Origin: an uncultured virus (IMG/VR IMGVR_UViG_3300003478_000003) | Taxonomy: Duplodnaviria > Heunggongvirae > Uroviricota > Caudoviricetes | Direction: 5' to 3' (one strand) | Virus record (IMG/VR): IMGVR_UViG_3300003478_000003 | Coordinates: 55,456-75,455 of that record | Length of the DNA stretch: 20,000 bases | Part shown: positions 16,104-20,000 of the stretch, in pieces | How positions within the stretch are numbered: position 1 is the stretch's first letter | Layout: the number at the start of each line of letters is the position of its first letter | Translations under genes and position numbers: made by a program | The notes under the pieces: model-generated | Databases searched by the model: none | Told to the model about the DNA's origin: nothing | Seen by the model: the letters and a program-made list of their open reading frames with translations, nothing else

Positions 16104-17594
16104 ATGTCAGTATATAACGAAAAAAATAAAAATACTTACTGCCCAGTTCCATGGCGTGAACAAATGGTAGATTCTAATGGTGAAATGAGACTATGTTGTA
16201 TTGCTCAAAATATTATAACAAATGACGATGGTACTAATGTAAATATTTCTACTGATTCTCTAGAAAAAGTATGGAATAACAAGTACATGCAAGATGTTAG
16301 AACAGCAATGTTAGATGGTGTAAAAATTGACGCGTGTCATAATTGTTATAAGCATGAAGAAGATAGTGGATACAGTAATAGATTAAATGAACTTGAAGAT
16401 ATTCAAAATATAAGCGCAGGTGTTAAAAGGCTGAAGGAATATGATCATTACACAGCAGACTTCCCAAGTGATATTATCACAGATTTAAGACCTGATATTT
16501 ATGATATACGATTTGGTAATTTATGTAATCTTAAATGTATTAGTTGTAGTCCAAATTATAGTTCAGAATGGTATGAAGAAGTTAGAAAATCTCATAATAC
16601 TATGCAAATAGAGTTTGATGGTAATAAAGAACAAATAGATGCTGAATTCAAAAAATTAGGTGATTGGGGGAATTTTGATCATGGTACGGCATGGGATGAC
16701 TCGGAAGTAAATCGTATTATTGTTAATAACAAGAGTGGTACTTTTGAATGGGTAAATAATACCAAAGTATTTGAAAACATATTAGAACAAATACTTAAAT
16801 CAGATACTAAAAGAATATATATCACTGGTGGTGAGCCAACGATAACACAAGGCAATTATAAATTATTACAAGCACTAGTAGATAATAACGTAGCTAAAAA
16901 TATACAAGTGTGGTGTAATACAAATTGTACAAATGCCAATCTAAAATTTTATAATTTATTAGCACATTTTGGTGATGTTAATTTAATGTTAAGTATAGAC
17001 GGAGTAAGTGATGCGTTTGATTATATCAGATACCCAGGAAAATGGACACAAATAGAAAAGAATATTAAAAAAATTGTTGACTTTGTTAATGAAAATAAAC
17101 TAAAACATTGGAATGTATCATTAGTACCAGTTATACAATTTTTAAATTTATTTGATTTAGAAAACTTAATCGAATACTATTACAGAATGCTTTTATTAAG
17201 TGATTATGGTCCAAAACAAATTCGATTTATGCCAATAACTTTAGATGGACCACGATATTACCGTATTCAAAATGCTGAATTGTCTGTTAGACTAGAAATA
17301 AATGAACGTCTACAATCAAAATATTGTAGCAAAGAAATAATAACAGACCGTGTTTGGCCTGAAATTAAATCGGGCGAAATAGACATTTATGATACAGTAT
17401 CACAACCATTACTAGAATGGCTTAGAATTTTAAATCTTACATTAAAACAAGAAGCAAATGATGAAGAAAGAGATAATATTCCTGACTATAGAAAACAAAT
17501 ATTAGCGAATCACGAGTTTTATAAGAAATATAGAAAAATCAGCCATTTAGAAACATGGTTTACTGATACATATAACAAACTTACCATATCATAA
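16104..17594 (+). CDS. Radical SAM protein with N-terminal twitch/SPASM-like domain
   Basis: CPVPW...GEMRLCC...WN......VR..ML.G....ACHNC (auxiliary Fe-S domain), CNLKCISC (CxxxCxxC), ITGGEPT, NTN, SIDG, YIRYP. Confidence 0.88.
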   Translation: MSVYNEKNKNTYCPVPWREQMVDSNGEMRLCCIAQNIITNDDGTNVNISTDSLEKVWNNKYMQDVRTAMLDGVKIDACHNCYKHEEDSGYSNRLNELEDIQNISAGVKRLKEYDHYTADFPSDIITDLRPDIYDIRFGNLCNLKCISCSPNYSSEWYEEVRKSHNTMQIEFDGNKEQIDAEFKKLGDWGNFDHGTAWDDSEVNRIIVNNKSGTFEWVNNTKVFENILEQILKSDTKRIYITGGEPTITQGNYKLLQALVDNNVAKNIQVWCNTNCTNANLKFYNLLAHFGDVNLMLSIDGVSDAFDYIRYPGKWTQIEKNIKKIVDFVNENKLKHWNVSLVPVIQFLNLFDLENLIEYYYRMLLLSDYGPKQIRFMPITLDGPRYYRIQNAELSVRLEINERLQSKYCSKEIITDRVWPEIKSGEIDIYDTVSQPLLEWLRILNLTLKQEANDEERDNIPDYRKQILANHEFYKKYRKISHLETWFTDTYNKLTIS

Positions 17595-17608
17595 TATACA
17601 TAAAGTAA

Positions 17609-17615
17609 ATAAATA
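17609..17615 (+). promoter_or_regulatory. Putative late promoter ATAAATA followed by SD GGGAG
   Basis: AATAAATA-CGTC-GGGAG-ATGAAAT-ATG upstream of 17632. Confidence 0.45.
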
Positions 17616-17631
17616 CGTCGGGAGATGAAAT

Positions 17632-18048
17632 ATGGCGGATAATTCTATGAATCGTCGCTCTAGCGACAATTCTATAAACAAGGGACTTATACTATCAATG
17701 GCAGTGGCCTTTTTAGTTCAAGCAGGTGGATTCATTTGGTGGATGTCTGGATTAAATTCAGAAGTAACACGACTTGCAAGTATACAAGGTCAAGCAATAC
17801 CTGCATTGGAAGCAGAGGCACAGAAATGTGGAATCGCGATTCATAACAATATACAAGCAATTAAAGACATACAAGAAAACGAAGAGGCCATTTCAGGACT
17901 AGACGTTTTAGGCTTTAAAGTTGATCAACTCAGAGAAGAAATTAGAACATTACGTGAAGTTGATCGAGAAATTATGAAACAACATGAAAAGATATTTGAG
18001 TGGATGGCACAGAATAGTAGTAGCCGTGGTAGTGGTGGTTATAATTAA
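17632..18048 (+). CDS. Membrane-anchored coiled-coil protein, hypothetical
   Basis: One TM helix (LILSMAVAFLVQAGGFIWWM) followed by heptad-rich helices; good SD. Confidence 0.7.
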   Translation: MADNSMNRRSSDNSINKGLILSMAVAFLVQAGGFIWWMSGLNSEVTRLASIQGQAIPALEAEAQKCGIAIHNNIQAIKDIQENEEAISGLDVLGFKVDQLREEIRTLREVDREIMKQHEKIFEWMAQNSSSRGSGGYN

Positions 18049-18968
18049 GAGTTAATTTGAGATAACTCTACAAGTGTTGCACTTAAATTAATCTCTGGAT
18101 CAGCGGCTAATGTGTGATTAACTAATCCCTTACGTATAATTAAAATTGCTTTATCCGTGCCGTCAGGATTATCTGACCACAACTCCAAATTATCATACAT
18201 CCAACGATACATGTCGTCAATCTCATCTGGGCGTATTTGCTTACACAATAATTCACGTGCCTCTCTATACTGACCTTTTTTAACTAACTCTACCATATCA
18301 ATTTTATAGTCACTAATGCCAGCATCTTCACTATGCGGAGATACAAGTTTGCCTGTAGTGCTATTCATTTGTAGTAAGTTAATACACTTACGCAAATCTG
18401 GATAAGTTGCTTTTACATAATTGTCTAACACATCAAGTTCAAACTCAACGCTTTCCTCCAACATTATGTGTGCTACTCTCGCAGTAAACTCTGTTGGATC
18501 AATTTTATCAATGTGAAAGCCTTGACATCTACTGTGTAATGCTGGAATAACTTTATGTGGATAATTACAAGTTAAAATAAAACGTGCTGTGTCGTGATAT
18601 GTTTCCATAACACCACGCAATGCCGCCTGTCCGTTGGGAGACATATAGTCTGCCTCATCAAGCAATACAATTTTAAATTCACCAAATGGCAATGTGCTAA
18701 CAAAGCCTGTTACTTTATCTCTAATACTATCTACAGAGTTTTCCCTACTAGCATTAATCTCTAGCATATCATATTGGTCAATGTCAAGTGCTGTAATTAG
18801 TATTTTTGCCAACGTTGTTTTGCCAACACCAGCCGCGCCACTAAACAATAAATGTGGGATTGCCCCACTTTTAATCCAACCCTTAACTTGTTTTCGTTGA
18901 CTTTCATCACGAAATACATAAGAGTCTATGTCAGTTGGCCTGTATTGTTCAGTCCACAGTTTTTTCAT
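18045..18968 (-). CDS. Clamp loader AAA+ subunit (RFC small subunit / T4 gp44-like)
   Basis: LWTEQYRP, PHLLFSGAAGVGKTT, EINAS, LLDEAD, FILTCNY, SRC, DLRK.IN. Confidence 0.93.
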   Translation of the reverse strand: MKKLWTEQYRPTDIDSYVFRDESQRKQVKGWIKSGAIPHLLFSGAAGVGKTTLAKILITALDIDQYDMLEINASRENSVDSIRDKVTGFVSTLPFGEFKIVLLDEADYMSPNGQAALRGVMETYHDTARFILTCNYPHKVIPALHSRCQGFHIDKIDPTEFTARVAHIMLEESVEFELDVLDNYVKATYPDLRKCINLLQMNSTTGKLVSPHSEDAGISDYKIDMVELVKKGQYREARELLCKQIRPDEIDDMYRWMYDNLELWSDNPDGTDKAILIIRKGLVNHTLAADPEINLSATLVELSQINS

Positions 18969-19254
18969 TAGTGCCTAGGAATTTGTCTATGTGATCTTTG
19001 TAATTTTGATAATAATAATCAAAGAGAAAGTCATAATCGTCTGATATATCATGTATCTTGCTACGCCGCAATATCTTTTTGTTTTCTAAATCTAATACAA
19101 CGGTAGCACTAATAAAATCTTTATCTCGTAATTTATTTGTTATGCTTACCTTCTCATCATATACTAGGTTTTCTTTAAGATAACCTTTCTTTGACGTTTG
19201 ACTAGGATCTGCTGGTTTCCCTGCATATTGAATTACTAAAAATTTACCTTTCAT
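18949..19254 (-). CDS. Hypothetical protein
   Basis: 101-aa ORF directly downstream of a consensus sigma70 promoter; overlaps the clamp-loader start. Confidence 0.7.
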   Translation of the reverse strand: MKGKFLVIQYAGKPADPSQTSKKGYLKENLVYDEKVSITNKLRDKDFISATVVLDLENKKILRRSKIHDISDDYDFLFDYYYQNYKDHIDKFLGTNEKTVD

Positions 19255-19260
19255 ATGCTT

Positions 19261-19289
19261 ATTATACTACTCATCTAGGCATTTGTCAA
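19261..19289 (-). promoter_or_regulatory. Perfect consensus sigma70 promoter TTGACA-N17-TATAAT
   Basis: Minus strand TTGACA (19289-19284), 17-nt spacer, TATAAT (19266-19261), then AAGCAT-ATG (19254). Confidence 0.85.
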
Positions 19290-19292
19290 ATA

Positions 19293-19694
19293 TTATACAC
19301 TAGTATCAATTACTGTATTTTCACCAATGCCATATTGTTCATGTTCTGGTGGACGCTCATCACTTATAAGTAAAATTTCTTCTGGGTCAACCATTCGTAT
19401 AGTTTTTTCTTCGCCATCTACTGTGCGAACTTTTAAACCACGTGTCCAACGGCCATGTTCAACAAGTATCCATTGGCCCTGCGATACTTCATGTTGTAGC
19501 GGGCCAATGCGGTATACTTTCCCCCAACGTGGACGAATGCCACGTTCTATTGCGTTATCATCTGGAATAACAATGCCAGTTTTAGTGATAGTTTCACCAG
19601 TTTTTAATTCTTCTACAACAATTCTATCTTGAATTGCTCGCAACTCACCACTTAATTGATATGTTGAAAATAATTGAACATCATTCCATTCCAT
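19293..19694 (-). CDS. groES: Co-chaperonin GroES (Cpn10) family
   Basis: LRAIQDRIVVE...ETITKTGIVIPD...GKVYRIGP...V..GQWIL...IRMVDPEEILL; SD AAGGAG upstream. Confidence 0.85.
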   Translation of the reverse strand: MEWNDVQLFSTYQLSGELRAIQDRIVVEELKTGETITKTGIVIPDDNAIERGIRPRWGKVYRIGPLQHEVSQGQWILVEHGRWTRGLKVRTVDGEEKTIRMVDPEEILLISDERPPEHEQYGIGENTVIDTSV

Positions 19695-19704
19695 TTTGGA
19701 CTCC

Positions 19705-19998
19705 TTATCCTAAATCGAGATTATCCAACGCGCCTGTAACCGCCTTAGGTAATTTTGCTTCTGCTTCTGCTTTTTCTTCTTGAGCCTTATTTTTTGCTTT
19801 GGCCGCCGCCTTTTTGATTTTCTTTTCTAAAGCAGACTGCGTTGCCTCATCAGCAACAACAGTTGGGTCTGCTGATATAGCAGGTGGTGCCGGTGTTTGC
19901 TTCGGTGTTGATGATACTTCCGGTGCTGGTTGCTCTTCAACACTCATTGCTGGTGTTACAGTTGCTGGATTTTTTAAATCATCTGGAATTAAATCTTC
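19705..19998 (-). CDS. C-terminal part of a Pro/Ala/Lys/Glu-rich hypothetical protein (5' end outside the window)
   Basis: The frame is open past the ORF-track ATG to the window edge (EDLIPDDLKNPATVTPAMSVEEQ...). Confidence 0.65.
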   Translation of the reverse strand, partial: EDLIPDDLKNPATVTPAMSVEEQPAPEVSSTPKQTPAPPAISADPTVVADEATQSALEKKIKKAAAKAKNKAQEEKAEAEAKLPKAVTGALDNLDLG

Positions 19999-20000
19999 AG

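Noticed and set aside
18045..18968. Archaeal or eukaryotic origin suggested by the RFC-like and PRMT-like genes
   Set aside because: Spanins with a lipobox, holin, GroES, PhoH, a sigma70 promoter and SD sites point to a bacteriophage; RFC-like clamp loaders are normal in T4-like phages.
1400..19632. Other short plus-strand ORFs (1400, 2064, 3727, 4629, 7955, 9103, 13367, 13617, 14393, 15329, 18694, 19327)
   Set aside because: All lie antisense to well-supported minus-strand genes and show no recognisable motifs.
1..20000. Stop-codon reassignment as seen in some large phages
   Set aside because: Genes tile densely under code 11; TAA, TGA and TAG all end genes at sensible boundaries, and conserved proteins are uninterrupted.
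1..20000. CRISPR array, tRNA, rRNA, intron/intein, transposase or integrase
   Set aside because: No regularly spaced repeats or cloverleaf seen; intergenic gaps are short; PhoH and the clamp loader are of normal length.

Overview
AT-rich, densely coding window that reads as part of a large lytic dsDNA phage genome (T4-like/jumbo type, probably infecting a Gram-negative host). Support comes from a GroES co-chaperonin, an RFC/gp44-type clamp loader, PhoH, an i-/o-spanin pair, a 3TM holin and T4-like late-promoter motifs (ATAAATA). Most genes are on the minus strand, with a 2.2-kb plus-strand island (Cys-rich small protein, twitch-domain radical SAM, membrane coiled-coil protein). The most striking element is a roughly 10-kb co-directional accessory metabolic cluster (about 4437-14549). 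It encodes a miniaturised tryptophan 2,3-dioxygenase, two SAM methyltransferases (one PRMT-like), three Fe(II)/2OG-type oxygenases, three sulfotransferase-like proteins and a TctC/TctA tripartite tricarboxylate transporter with no TctB. An internally deleted second tctA and an orphan 'MKKFI' start precede the transporter. A VOC protein and a fumarylacetoacetate-hydrolase gene (missed by the ORF track) lie at the left edge. Several promoters place the predicted transcription start on or next to the ATG (leaderless mRNAs). All family calls come from motif recognition by eye; no database search was run.
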